In this document: piece after piece, positions 1 to 10,933 of the stretch | How the letters are laid out: the number at the start of each line of letters is the position of its first letter | How positions within the stretch are numbered: position 1 is the first letter of the stretch | Source: Podarcis muralis | Lineage: Eukaryota | Assembly: GCF_964188315.1 (NCBI RefSeq) | Contig: NC_135673.1 | Coordinates: 8,556,001-8,620,000, forward strand | Direction: 5' to 3' | DNA length: 64,000 bases | Notes under the pieces: generated by a model | Told to the model about the DNA's origin: nothing | Databases searched by the model: none | What the model saw: only the letters and a program-made list of their open reading frames with translations | Translations under genes and position numbers: made by a program

Positions 1-514
1 TTGAGCTTTGACTGCACATGGCTGTTTCCAGTAGGGGAAGAGGCATGATCAGCCTAATGGTGCAGGATTTAATTCCTACTCATCAGCTGGTGAGAGGAGA
101 TTAAACCCTGCTGCTTCAGCTATGTGTCCCAGTTCCCAATAGAGTAACTGATGCATGCAGCCAATTCAGAATCAAACCCCTCCCACCAATGGAATGGCAT
201 CAGTGGGCATAGTTTCTGAAATAATGGCCTCACAGGCCAAGATTGGCCTATCCCCAACCCTGGCTTATGTCATAATAAACCACCTCTCCCCAAAATTTCC
301 CACTGGAGTCTTTCCCAGTGCTGGAGGTTGAACCTGAGACCTTCCATACACAAAGCAGGTGCTCTACCACTCACCTGTGGCCCTTTCCCTTCTCCAAACC
401 CAGATATTCTGAGCTCTTTGCTTCTATATTACACAACTGTGAACCCGGTCTTTGGGTGGGTGTTTGATTTTCGTTGTTGTGTATACTGTGTATATACGGA
501 CAATGACAATAAAT

Positions 515-515
<1 letters not shown>

Positions 516-553
<38 letters not shown>
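516..553. repeat. (TATC)n microsatellite
   Basis: About 9 units, read directly. Confidence 0.95.
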
Positions 554-705
554 GCCTCCAATGGCTTTTTAATCCCATTTCATTTAACATTATTGACAAC
601 TTAAACATTTCCAGCACCTCCCATCATTTACATCATTAATTCTTATTAGGTTTACATCTACCTTTCCAAACTTTCATGTACATTACACTTGCTAGTGTTA
701 ATATA

Positions 706-1035
706 CAGTGGTGCCTCGCAAGACGAAAAGAATCCGTTCTGTGATTCTCTTCGTCTAGCGGTTTTTTCGTCTTGTGAAGCAACCCTATTAGCGGCTTAGC
801 GGATTAGCGCTATTAGCGGTTATTAAAGGCTTAGCGGCTTAGCTGCTAAAAGGCTATTAGCGGCTTAGAAAAAGGGGGGGGAGCGGGGGGGAAATCGCAA
901 GACTTGCAAGACGTTTTCGTCTTGTGAAGCAAGCCCATAGGGAAAATCGTCTTGCGAAGCAACTCAAAAACGGAAAACCCTTTCGTCTAGCGGGTTTTCC
1001 GTCTTGCGAGGCATTCGTCTTGCGGGGCACCACTG
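706..1035. mobile_element. Tigger/pogo-like MITE, family A
   Basis: TA-flanked; TIRs CAGTGGTGCCTCGCAAGACGAA / TTCGTCTTGCGGGGCACCACTG; internal TTAGCGG repeats. Second copy at 30104. Confidence 0.9.
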
Positions 1036-1644
1036 TACACAGTACCCTAGTTATTACTGTTGTTATTACCTACTCCTCACTGTGAGGTCCAAGGGTGGGT
1101 TACAACTTTGAAACACAAAGTCTAAAACAACTTAAAATAACCAAAAGGTGTGTCCTAAAAGTTTCTTGAAAAGTTTCTGAATTTAAAAAAAAATAAAATT
1201 AAAAATTCCTTTAAGAATTCAAATATTCATTGAATGTCCCTTGCTTATCCACATCATTTAAAAGGCATAATAATATATCATTGGCCCTACATTTTATTTT
1301 AAATATTTCTTAAACATTTATAAATGAGCAGTAGTGCCTGGTGCCCCCTTGGGACTGGTAGGACAATAGGTATAGAATACAAAAGTAGGGTGGTGCTGGA
1401 GCCAATGACTGATAAAGGCACTAGGTTCTAGTTTTGCCTCCATCCTCCTCCCTGCTGAGGTCTAGGAGGCCAACCTTGAGACTAAGGAGGAGAAAGAAAC
1501 TAACAGGCAGTGCCACCTTCTGGACAGTTTATAAGTAAGAAATCAGGCAGGTATGGGCTGGCTGAGTACAGAGGCTGGTGAAGATCCACCTCAGCACTCC
1601 CCCAACACCAAACCTTTTTACAGACACCTTCAATGAGTTCTTAC

Positions 1645-1830
1645 CTCAGGGGCTCCATCTGGGACAAGCTGGAGGAACTCTCGGTATGCCAAGGCACTTT
1701 GGGTGCTGTCCTTTCTCTCGGGCAGCAGTTCAGAATCTTCTGAAGAAATTCCCAGGCCTTTTTCCTGACTTGGAAGGATGGGAGTCTCTATTACAATGCA
1801 GAGTTCTTTCAGGTTGTGCTTCAGAGCAGA
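1645..1830 (-). CDS. TMEM268: TMEM268 coding exon 7 (gene continues left of window)
   Basis: 186 nt, SALKHNLKELCIVIETPILPSQEKGLGISSEDSELLPERKDSTQSALAYREFLQLVPDGAPE; compare human SLLRSRLSQLCVVMET...LHQLVPEAEPE. TTTTCAG acceptor, GTAAGA donor, no stop. Confidence 0.9.
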
Positions 1831-1887
1831 CTGAAAAGGAGCCGGGAGGAGCAGATTTGCAGGACAGTGATATTATTCTGCATCACC

Positions 1888-1982
1888 CAGAAAAGCACAT
1901 TCTGCAGCAATCAGCTAACAGAAAAGCACATTCTGCAGCAATCAGCTAACAGAAAAGGACATTCTGCAGCAATCAGCTAACA
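1888..1982. repeat. 31-bp tandem repeat x3
   Basis: CAGAAAAGCACATTCTGCAGCAATCAGCTAA at 1888, 1919 and 1950 (one substitution). Confidence 0.95.
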
Positions 1983-3231
1983 ACAATGATCAGCTGAATC
2001 CCTTTGGGTCCCTTCCAACTCTACAATTCTATGGTTTTATCTTCCATTCCCACAACGGAATTTCCCCTTCCTCTTCTGTCTCCTCTCTCCATGTGAGTCC
2101 TGACACACAAAATTGCTCTGAAGGTCCCGGTGGCACTGAGGGCATGCAGAGACAGGAGAGGGAACAGAAGTTCTGTTTTGTGAGCAGAAACCATTCTGCT
2201 TTCGCTAGGAATTTGTTGGATACAATTCAGTAGCAACATAGGCCACATTCGTACCATCCATAAAGCACTATGCTACCACTTTCAACAGTTGAGGCTTCCC
2301 ATAAAGGATTATTGGAACTCTAATTTGTTAAGGGTACTTCAGAAAGCTACAATATTCAGGAGTTACCTATGAGGAGGGATTGATGCTTAAACCATTCTGA
2401 GAATTGTAGCTCTGGAAGGGATAAATTAACAAGTCTCAGTACCCTTAGCAAACTACAGGCTCCCAGAAGCTATGACTGCTTAAGGTGGTATCATAGTGCT
2501 TTAAATGGATGGTGTGAATATGGCCATAATCACACAAATGAATATGAGTGTTGTTAAGGATGACAGCATCCACTCAGAGTAGACACATAAAAATTAAGAG
2601 AACCAAGTCATGTCCAACAATTTCAATGGGTCCATAGGCACCAACTCTATGCCCCACCCCAAAGTATGTGAGGACATGGCAGCCCCCCCCCCACCTTGAG
2701 GAGTCAGGCCTTGTCAGGCCTCCCCACAGCCGCGAAGGGCACCAGGCCTCCTCCTGATGTGTGTGACATCACATGTGACGTCACACACATGCAACAAGCC
2801 CACCCTCTCAATGCTGGGCAGAACTCGGCACCTATGAATGGGTCTACCCTGTGCAGGACTAACATTGGATACAACTTTGAATCTTTATTGAAGTGCCACT
2901 AGTGGTTCCAAGTGAGTAATGAATTTGGGGGGATTGAATGGGAGGAGGATGGTGATCTAGGTGACTGGGTAGGATGTTAACTTGGGAAAATAAACTGCTG
3001 TGAGATTACTTTATAAAGAAATGACTTGGGGATCATCAATGGGGGCAGCTGAACTGATCTTAAGCACAATCTGTCAGGAAATTATTTGGACACAAATGAA
3101 TTGAAGAGGAAGCAATATGGGGTGACCCAGAGCAGGATGCAAATTAATGGAAGAATATCCCTATGGTGATTTGGTGCCAGGGCTGCTTCGGCTACACAGG
3201 GAACCAGAACTTAGAAAATGGAGATGGATAT

Positions 3232-3265
<34 letters not shown>

Positions 3266-3284
3266 CGCGCGCGTGCGTGCGCAC
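3232..3284. repeat. (TG)n/(CG)n alternating tract
   Basis: Uninterrupted purine-pyrimidine alternation. Confidence 0.9.
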
Positions 3285-3429
3285 CGGAGGTTCCTGGTGT
3301 CTACCAGGCAGAGGCACCATGTTGCCCCCAAGATTGAGTGGGTTGGCGCATGTTGCACATGCCCCCTATGCTGTGTAGGCCAGACCGTTGCAGCCTAGAG
3401 GAAGGCTGTGTCAGCCTGCGTGGTGTCAA

Positions 3430-3715
3430 GAGATGCCAGGCAGGAGCAGCCTTCCACAATCTGTGCCGGTCCTTGCTTGCATCAGAAGATGCTGTGCAGG
3501 CTAGTGCAACCTCTCGCCAGGCTGCACCTGTCCCCACAGCATCTCCCGACACTATGCAGGCTAGTGCAGCCTTCTGCTAGGTCACGCTGGTCCCCACAGT
3601 CTCAGGAGATGCTGAGCAGGCTGGTGCAACCTCACTCCAGGCCACCCTTGGTCCCTGCAGTGTCTCCTGGCACTGTGCAGGCTGGTGCAGCCTTCCATTG
3701 AGGCTGTGCTTTGCT
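3430..3715. repeat. Degenerate tandem repeat of about 60 bp
   Basis: GCAGGCT(A/G)GTGCA recurs with a period near 60 bp (about 3496, 3556, 3616, 3677). Confidence 0.75.
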
Positions 3716-4630
3716 CAGCTAGACCTCGTCCACCCGCTCAATATTTGGGGGCTGAGTCCCCTGTTAAGGAATATTGAGGGGGCTGATGACATCTCTGTCT
3801 CCTGGAGTTGGCGTGCCTGCTCCTGTGAGAAAGCAAGGAGCCTAGCAGTAGATAGTGTCAGTCAATTGTTCCCTCCTGCTCTCAGTCATGAAGAGGGGAA
3901 GGAGATGAAACATCTTCTTCTCCCACCCCCTTGTGCCTTTATGTTTACTTGGGTTTCAGCCTTGTTCCCTGAATTGATTCAGGTCCAGATCCAGGCTAAG
4001 TGATCTCCACATCTGCCTGGATTGGGTCCCCAGATCCTGGGGGGTGGAGACTGAGGGGTTGTACACAGTCTTACTAAACAAGATTCTTCAGTGTGATCCA
4101 GCAGTGATGTTATTTCAAAAACTCTGCAAAAATACTGAATTTCTTTTTTGAAAAAGTGACTAGCTAACTAACTTTAGAATGACATATTTAATGAAAATGA
4201 TAGACACCTGTCCCAAATAGTTAAATGACTAAACAGACTCCATTGACTGAATTCTGTATATTTAATTTGTTATAACCCACAACCTAGTTTTAAGAGCAAT
4301 GAGTCAGTGTCTTACTTTGGTGGTGGTGGTGGTGGTGGTTTAAAACATGATAACATCCACCAGCTGGATTCTGGTAATTCTGAAGAATATTTCTGTGCCT
4401 GATATAATTGCAGGCAATTCTCTGTATGGTTGACTTGAGAAAGAGGATGATGGCTGTTTGCTTATTCACACCCATTTGGAAGATGGAGCTCAAATTATTT
4501 TATTTGTTTTGTTTGTTGTCCCCAATGTTTTGTTTTTTTTCCAGCTATGCCACTAACAGTTTCGGCAGCATGGCTTCCTTGGAAACCTTCTACCTTAAAA
4601 CAAAACAAAAACCCTCCAATCATCACTCAC

Positions 4631-4711
4631 CTTCTCATTCCTCTTAATTTCTGCCAGAGAGTCTGCTAAGAATTGAAGGCATGGCCCCACGTCAAAATGA
4701 ACAAACCAGAG
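4631..4711 (-). CDS. TMEM268: TMEM268 coding exon 6
   Basis: 81 nt, LWFVHFDVGPCLQFLADSLAEIKRNEK; compare human LWFVYFDLENCVQFLSDH. ATCAG acceptor, GTGAGT donor. Confidence 0.92.
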
Positions 4712-5238
4712 CTGATGGGGGAAGTCAAGGAAAACAGCCCAGCCATACACAAATTATGGTAAATGATGAAATTCTATGCAACTCTCTATATTGCTTACTG
4801 CAGAAAAGGATTGATGTTGCCTACTTATTCACACCCTTTTGTAAGAAGGAGCTCAGCTTGTTTTAATTGTTTTACTCTTATGTAGTAATCTGTACTAATA
4901 CCACCACCTATGGACAAATTATGGTACTGGATATATCATGGCAAGTAAAGAATGTATGATGTTAAGCTATAGCTGGAGAGAAGCCTCAGGCCCCAGAATG
5001 AATGTGACTCTCCAGGCCTCTCTATCTTTCCTTTTGAACTTTCTCCAGGCCACACCTCATTGGCCCTGCTTTGCTCCATGAGGGCTGTATCCAGTGTTCT
5101 CTGTCTACTAGCACAAGGGCTCCTGCGCCAGCAGTTGGGTGAGACTGTAATGCTGTGCAGCAGAGGGATCCAACATGACAGTTAGAATAGTGGAAAAACA
5201 ATGTGCAATAAATTGTGCCATCTAGTGGGCAATCTATT

Positions 5239-5588
5239 GGACGTGGGTGGCGCTGTGGGTTAAACCACAGAGGCTAGGGCTTGCCGATCAGAAGGTAGGC
5301 AGTTCGAATCCCCACGACGGGGTGAGCTCCCGTTGCTCGGTCCCTGCTCCTGCCAACCTAGCAGTTTGAAAGCACATCAAAGTGCAAGTAGATAAATAGG
5401 TACCACTCCGGCAGGAAGGTAAAAGGTGTTTCCGTGTGCTGCTCTGATTCACCAGAAGTGGCTTAGTCATGCTGGCCACATGATCCGGAAGCTGTACGCC
5501 GGCTCCCTCAGCCAATAAAGCGAGATGAGCGCCGCAACCCCAGAGTCGGCCACGACTGGACCTAACAGTCAGCGGTCCCTTTACCTTT
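5239..5588 (+). mobile_element. Sauria SINE, subfamily 1
   Basis: tRNA-like head GGACGTGGGTGGCGCTGTGG...GTTCGAATCC, core GTGCAAGTAGATAAATAGGTACC, ACCTTT tail. Confidence 0.92.
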
Positions 5589-5661
5589 ATTGGGCAACAT
5601 AGGTACATTCTCTTGCACAATGATGTTCTGCTGGTACAAAACATTTTGCCAGTGGAACAAA

Positions 5662-7539
5662 TGTACTGCTATGTGTCTTTAACTCCCTCTGGAATTCGCC
5701 AATAACGATTTGCCACCCAGCCTCTCCCGGCTTTTCTGCAAAAGGCTACTTCATCTTGGTGACCGGACACAAACCAGTTAACTCTGAAACATTCTGTCCG
5801 TTGTGGACCTTGGTTTCTCACAGCCACCCATTTGTGGTGGGGGTATTGTGATATGCAGGATCATTCGCACCTCCTTCCCCCTTCATAGCCAAAGTGGACT
5901 TTGCAGTGGGAAACCACACTCCACTCTGGTTTGCTGCATTCCTTCCCACTCAGAACAAGCTTTTCTGTACCAGGAAACTCCGAATCAAAGAGTGTGGTGT
6001 TGAAGTCAGCCTGAGCTTCATGCCGTCATCAGGCACATGTGATGGGGAACTTCTTCCTCTGCCTTTCTGAGAAATGCAAGAGTTGTTCATGGGAATCGGT
6101 GGGGCTCCTGCTATTGTTTGAGCCAAGAAGTTTGCTGCTGATAGCAAGATGTTGAAGAACCCCACAAGACCTCCTTCCTTTGGCCTGCAGGAGCCAGTTC
6201 TGTCAGGCAGAAGCTGCCACAGGGGTCTGGCCACCGTCCTGTTAAAACCATTCTCTTACTTAATTTCTAGGGGTGTTTTGGTTTCTCTTTCATAATTGAG
6301 CGTTGCATTTTTAATTTTTTTTTTAAAAATGGCTCTCAGCCCAGCCTGACCTTTTGGACGCCTGTGAGTCAGATTGCTGATTCCTCTGGCCCATAAATGG
6401 GTTGTCACTGTTTGGATAGGCCCTTTTCTTTGATGTGAAGCTTCTGTGTTCAGCTACAGTTTTGTTTTCACCCCACCTCATATTTACAGCCAACTCTCAT
6501 GTCTTCTTTCGAGTTGCTAGAACCTTTTCTCCTCCTGACTTCAGGAGCTTGCAGAGAGTGAGATGACTGCATAACCAAACGTTTTCTCTTGCATTTTGTG
6601 GGAGGGCTGGGTTCCTCTCTTCCAGCTGATTCTATTGCCTTTGTGGCTTGAACCCTATTCTTGGGGTGTCAACTTACAAGTGCTCATATCCAGGCTGGAG
6701 GAATAAATGGCTGTGTGTTTAAACCCAATTTTGTTGGGGTGGTCCTGCTAATTCTGGACTCTCTCCAGAGCTGCAGAAGTAAATAGCAAACTTTTATTTT
6801 ATTTTATTTTAAGATGGAACATTGTTTTCCTTGGGATGGGGCCAAAGAGGACTTTTAATCTTCTCCAACCCTTCAAGATAACCATGATTACAGCCAGTCT
6901 TCCTTTATGATATGATTTGTTTTAGCACTGAACTGAGCAACACTGGTGTTATTTAAATTCCCATTGTTGCTTTCGCCCAAGGATCTTTTGGGGCTCTTTT
7001 AAAACCAAGATCCATTCCTTTCCTGTGTGTGACATCTTCTAACAATCTGCTTTTCACTGGGCAACTTCCGGGGAACATCTTTAAAGGGTCTGCAAAAATA
7101 TTTTCAAATGCAGAGCAAAAATGGCCACTTGGTAGCCAATTTGGTTCACTAGTTTTTTCTTCCTTATTCTAGTTTTCCAGGCTCTCTCACAAAGACCACA
7201 AGCATCCATGAACACTTTCCTGCTGCAGTCGCTAGGGCATGTGTATTCTTTATCCTGTATCTCTCCCCCAACCCTCCGTTTGGGGATGGTGGTGTTTTTT
7301 CATTGGCTCTTGATCATGATTCCCCCCTCCCCCTTCTCCCTTTCCTGTGCCATCTGAACAGTACTGACCCGTAGCGGAAAGAAAAGTTTGTTAGCTGATT
7401 CATCTTTTCTTTTTTAAATGTTTAACGGCATGTAATCCTTTTGCTTTAATTTTTTTTTAACAAAAAAGCCTTCAATAAACACGGACCTGATTATTAGACT
7501 CAAAAACAAACAAAGACACCAAAAAGACTTAGCACTACA
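5662..7539 (+). mobile_element. LTR-like or unexplained 1.9-kb block in a TMEM268 intron
   Basis: Imperfect inverted termini TGTACTGCTA / TAGCACTACA (9/10), AATAAA near 7474 followed by an A-rich run; no clean TSD. Confidence 0.35.
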
Positions 7540-7904
7540 TTGGATACAACCCCAAGTGTTCACCTGGCTGGAATGCATATCTGAACTCCGATAATGCCTT
7601 TGACTTGCCTGGATTGAGGTTAAAGCGGAGTGGGTGAGCAGGTGCAGAAACTAGCCTACTTTGTAAAGGAAAACATTTACATTTGTACGGATGCCCCTGG
7701 TCTCGCCCACCACTAGCACGTGGTCCCCAGAAGACTGCCCAGAAGAGAATGAGGTCCTTCATCAGCCAAAGGTCCCCACCCTTATTTTATTATATCACTA
7801 TATTCAGAGGTAAATATAGGGTGAGTTCTTAAGTGACAAAACTGAAACTTCAGTTCTCCCTGACATACAGAGATTTGGCATTCTTTCAATCTGAAAAAGG
7901 ATAC

Positions 7905-8015
7905 CTGTGGAACACTACATTGCTTCTCCGGCATATTTGTGAACCCCACCAGGAATTTGTTTTTCATGAAAGCTTCGTTGGCAGCGGCTAGTCTCATGTC
8001 TGTACTTACATTCAG
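7905..8015 (-). CDS. TMEM268: TMEM268 coding exon 5
   Basis: 111 nt, LNVSTDMRLAAANEAFMKNKFLVGFTNMPEKQCSVPQ; compare human NTNTDLRLAAANGA. AACAG acceptor, GTATCC donor. Confidence 0.93.
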
Positions 8016-8160
8016 CTGTTAAATGAGAAGGAGAAGGAAGGGAATTAAAGGTCTCAACCACAGGATGCCCAGTGGAGGCAAGAGGGAAGCCATACCACAG
8101 TCTCATGGGCATAGGCAGTTTAACAAGCTGGTTTAACAGTCATTCCCCACAATTTTCAAA

Positions 8161-8351
8161 GGGGAACATAGAAAGCTGCCTTCTGCTGCATCAAGCCATT
8201 GGTCCATCTAGTACAGAATTGTATACACTGACTGGCATCAGCTCTTCAGGATTTCAGACAGGGGACATTCCCATCCCTACCTGGAGATACTGGAGTGAAA
8301 CCTGGGACCTTCTGAATGCAGCCAGGTGCTCTGCCACTGAATTGTGGCTCC
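8161..8351 (-). mobile_element. Older tRNA-headed squamate SINE (GCAGCTTCCTATGTTCC-type tail)
   Basis: Matches copies at about 290-384, 8733-8896, 8950-9120 and 26960-27135 (minus) and 53371-53562, 58745-58880 and 63183-63362 (plus). Confidence 0.75.
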
Positions 8352-8365
8352 TTATAGGAAGCTGT

Positions 8366-8732
8366 GGGACGCGGGTGGCGCTGTGGGTAAAACCCCAGTG
8401 CCTAGGACTTGCCAATCGTATGGTCAGCGGTTCAAATCCCCACGGCGGGGTGAGCTCCCGTCGTTCGGTCCCAGCTCCTGCCCACCTAGCAGTTCGAAAG
8501 CACCCTTAAGTGCAAGTAGATAAATAGGTACCGCTTTATAGCGGGAAGGTAAACGGCGTTTCCGTGTGCTGCGCTGGTGCTGCTCGTCAGAGCAGCTTTG
8601 TCACGCTGGCCACGTGACCCGGAAGTGTCTCCGGACAGCGCTGGCCCCTGGCCTCTTAAGCGAGATGGGCGCGCAACCCTAGAGTCGGACACAACTGGCC
8701 CGTACGGGCAGGGGTACCTTTACCTTTACCTT
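8366..8732 (+). mobile_element. Sauria SINE, subfamily 2
   Basis: Same head and core, (ACCTTT)n tail, TSD TTATA(G/A)GAAGCTGT. Confidence 0.92.
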
Positions 8733-8896
8733 TTATAAGAAGCTGTCTTCTCCTGAGTCAATGGTCCATCTAGATTTGTATCATCTACACTGCGTGGCAC
8801 TGGCTCGCCTAAGTTTCCTTCCAGCCCTGCCCAAGGATTGGACCTGGGACCTTCTGCATACAAAGCAGATGTTGTACCACTGAGTTAGAGCTCTCC
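8733..8896 (-). mobile_element. Older tRNA-headed squamate SINE
   Basis: CTGGGACCTTCTGCATACAAAGCAGATG...CCACTGAG is the reversed head of the family. Confidence 0.7.
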
Positions 8897-9428
8897 CACT
8901 TAAAAGATAGGAACAGGTGGACCAATGGTTCAGACCCAGTTATAAGACAGCCTTATAACTGCATCTGGCCATCAGTCCATCTGGTTCAGTATTGTTCATG
9001 TTGACTGGCAGTGGCTCTCCCAAGATTTCAGGCAGGGAGTATTCCCAGCTGCACCTGGCGATGCTGGGGTGCTTCTTCATGAAAAACTTGGTTCTCTGTT
9101 GCTGAGCTATAACTCTTCAGGGTGGGAAGATTTGAGCTGAGTTGAGCTGACAGTGGGAACAATTCCAGCTAGGACTGTGATGAGGTGGGTGCAACAAATG
9201 GGGTTGTAATGCGCAGGCACCCTCTAAAGCAATTGCTTTGCAAGATGTGAGCCAACCTCTTCTTGCTTTTCAGGCATTGCTTATGACATTTATTTCAGTG
9301 AATGAAAGTTGAACTGAATAGGCTCCATTGGGTTCTGTTTTTAATTTGTGATTATCTGAATATGAATCCCTAATACCTGCTGGTCATCATGGAAATCATA
9401 ACTGCAGACATGTCTCAACTCGTCTTAC

Positions 9429-9578
9429 CTTCCTTTGATGTTGATGAATTGTGAGTCTGACGATCAAGGCAGCCACTAGGGCAACTGCAGTGGCCAAAAT
9501 ACTGATTTCCCAGGGTTGTGCTACAGAATATATCTGCAGGGTGGAAAAAAGATTGATCCAGAGGGTCACGTAGAAAAC
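9429..9578 (-). CDS. TMEM268: TMEM268 coding exon 4 (transmembrane segments)
   Basis: 150 nt, VFYVTLWINLFSTLQIYSVAQPWEISILATAVALVAALIVRLTIHQHQRK. TTTCAG acceptor, GTAAGA donor. Confidence 0.93.
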
Positions 9579-9999
9579 CTGAAAGGAGAAACACAATATT
9601 TATCTAATAAAATAGAGGTGAGCAACTTTTTACAAACCAAGGGCCTCATTTGCTTCTGGTCAAACTTCTGGGAGCCAAGTGCCAGAAGGGGGGTGGGGGG
9701 TGGGGGAGAGAAGCTAAATAGGGCAGAACAATGAATGTAAATTTTATCTTCATACAGTTGTCTGATTGCTACAACCACTCACACACCCCTCTGTATTCTC
9801 CAGCCATGCAAACAAAAATCATAATTGGAGTTACTGGGCACATTCCTGAGGAGAATTCTGAGGGCCAAGAAGAGAGGTCTAGAGGGCCACATTTGACCAA
9901 TGGGCCTCTGGTTCCCCACACCTGCAATACATATATAGTCATTTTAGACCCTAGCAAACCCACATGCCCCAACTCTCACTGAAGCAATATGGTGCTTAC

Positions 10000-10107
10000 C
10001 ACAGCAATTGAGATCGCAAATGCTCTGGAGTTGTAGAAAAGGTGCTTTCTCACCTCTGGTTCTAGCACTGCACACTGAATCAATTTTTTCCACTGGTCAG
10101 CTGTCAC
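10000..10107 (-). CDS. TMEM268: TMEM268 coding exon 3
   Basis: 108 nt, VTADQWKKLIQCAVLEPEVRKHLFYNSRAFAISIAV; compare human [28 protein letters not shown]. CAG acceptor, GTAAGC donor. Confidence 0.93.
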
Positions 10108-10933
10108 CTGCATAAGCAACAGCAGCATGGTCATTTGATGTATGCCCAAATGCAATGGACACAATCCCATAACAGCATGAAGTGAGCATAAATTCACTGT
10201 CATGCTTTGGACTGTGGCCAAGAAGAGCAATTGGAACTAAGAAATGTGTGAAGGGCTGCTCACCCCACAAAGTGGATCAAGCCGATCCCTTCTGCCGATT
10301 TCCCCCCCTTTCCTCTACCATTCTGCCTCCTCTTCCTCCTCACCAAAGGCCAGCCCACCCGTGAGGCAAAGTGCAGCAACCACCTTAGATGCAGATCCTC
10401 AGGGGCGACAGATTCAGCCTCCAAGGAATTCCTTGGCCACTGCTACAGTGGCAGCGGTGGCTGTGGTACACTCCTTGGAAGCCGGATCTGCTGCTTCCTC
10501 AGCAGCCTCCTGCCTCACAATGTTACCTCCTTATCAGCTTCTCCGCAAATAGGAAGCATTGCTGGTCTCTCTACTCCTCTAGTGAGGAAATGGTAGGGGT
10601 TGCCCCCTGGGTTATGCACTTGCCTGGTTTGATTCAGGGCACACACCCAAACCAGACTTCAGCTGTCTGGTAAGGTTGATTTGACTCACTGCCTTGTTCC
10701 CAATGTAGATCTTTACCCCCCCCCCCTGATCTTAATGGGAATCTCCACTGCCCCCTTCTTCTCTGGTGTGTGTGGGAGGGAGAGAGGTACTTTGTGGTTC
10801 ACCTCAGGTGCCAGACTGTCTTGGGCCTGCCCTGTCCCCATCTTCCTCCTCATGTCCTTCCTCTTCCTCCTGTTCTTTATGACCATGACACCATCCCACC
10901 TCCCACTCACCCGCAAAACTAATGTGAACAAAG

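Noticed and set aside
1-1644. Terminal TMEM268 coding exon
   Set aside because: No segment resembling EMARQLLAVF...CPCQLIE was found; presumed left of the window.
1578-1949. 123-aa plus-strand ORF
   Set aside because: Antisense shadow of the TMEM268 exon 1645-1830 plus the 31-bp repeat.
5239-5310. tRNA-like A/B boxes (also 8366, 45553, 46884, 53371, 63183, 63373)
   Set aside because: Each continues into a SINE body and tail, often with a TSD; these are not tRNA genes.
8072-8509. 145-aa ORF and similar ones at 5288-5644 and 63658-63927
   Set aside because: They run across or out of SINEs and have no protein motifs.
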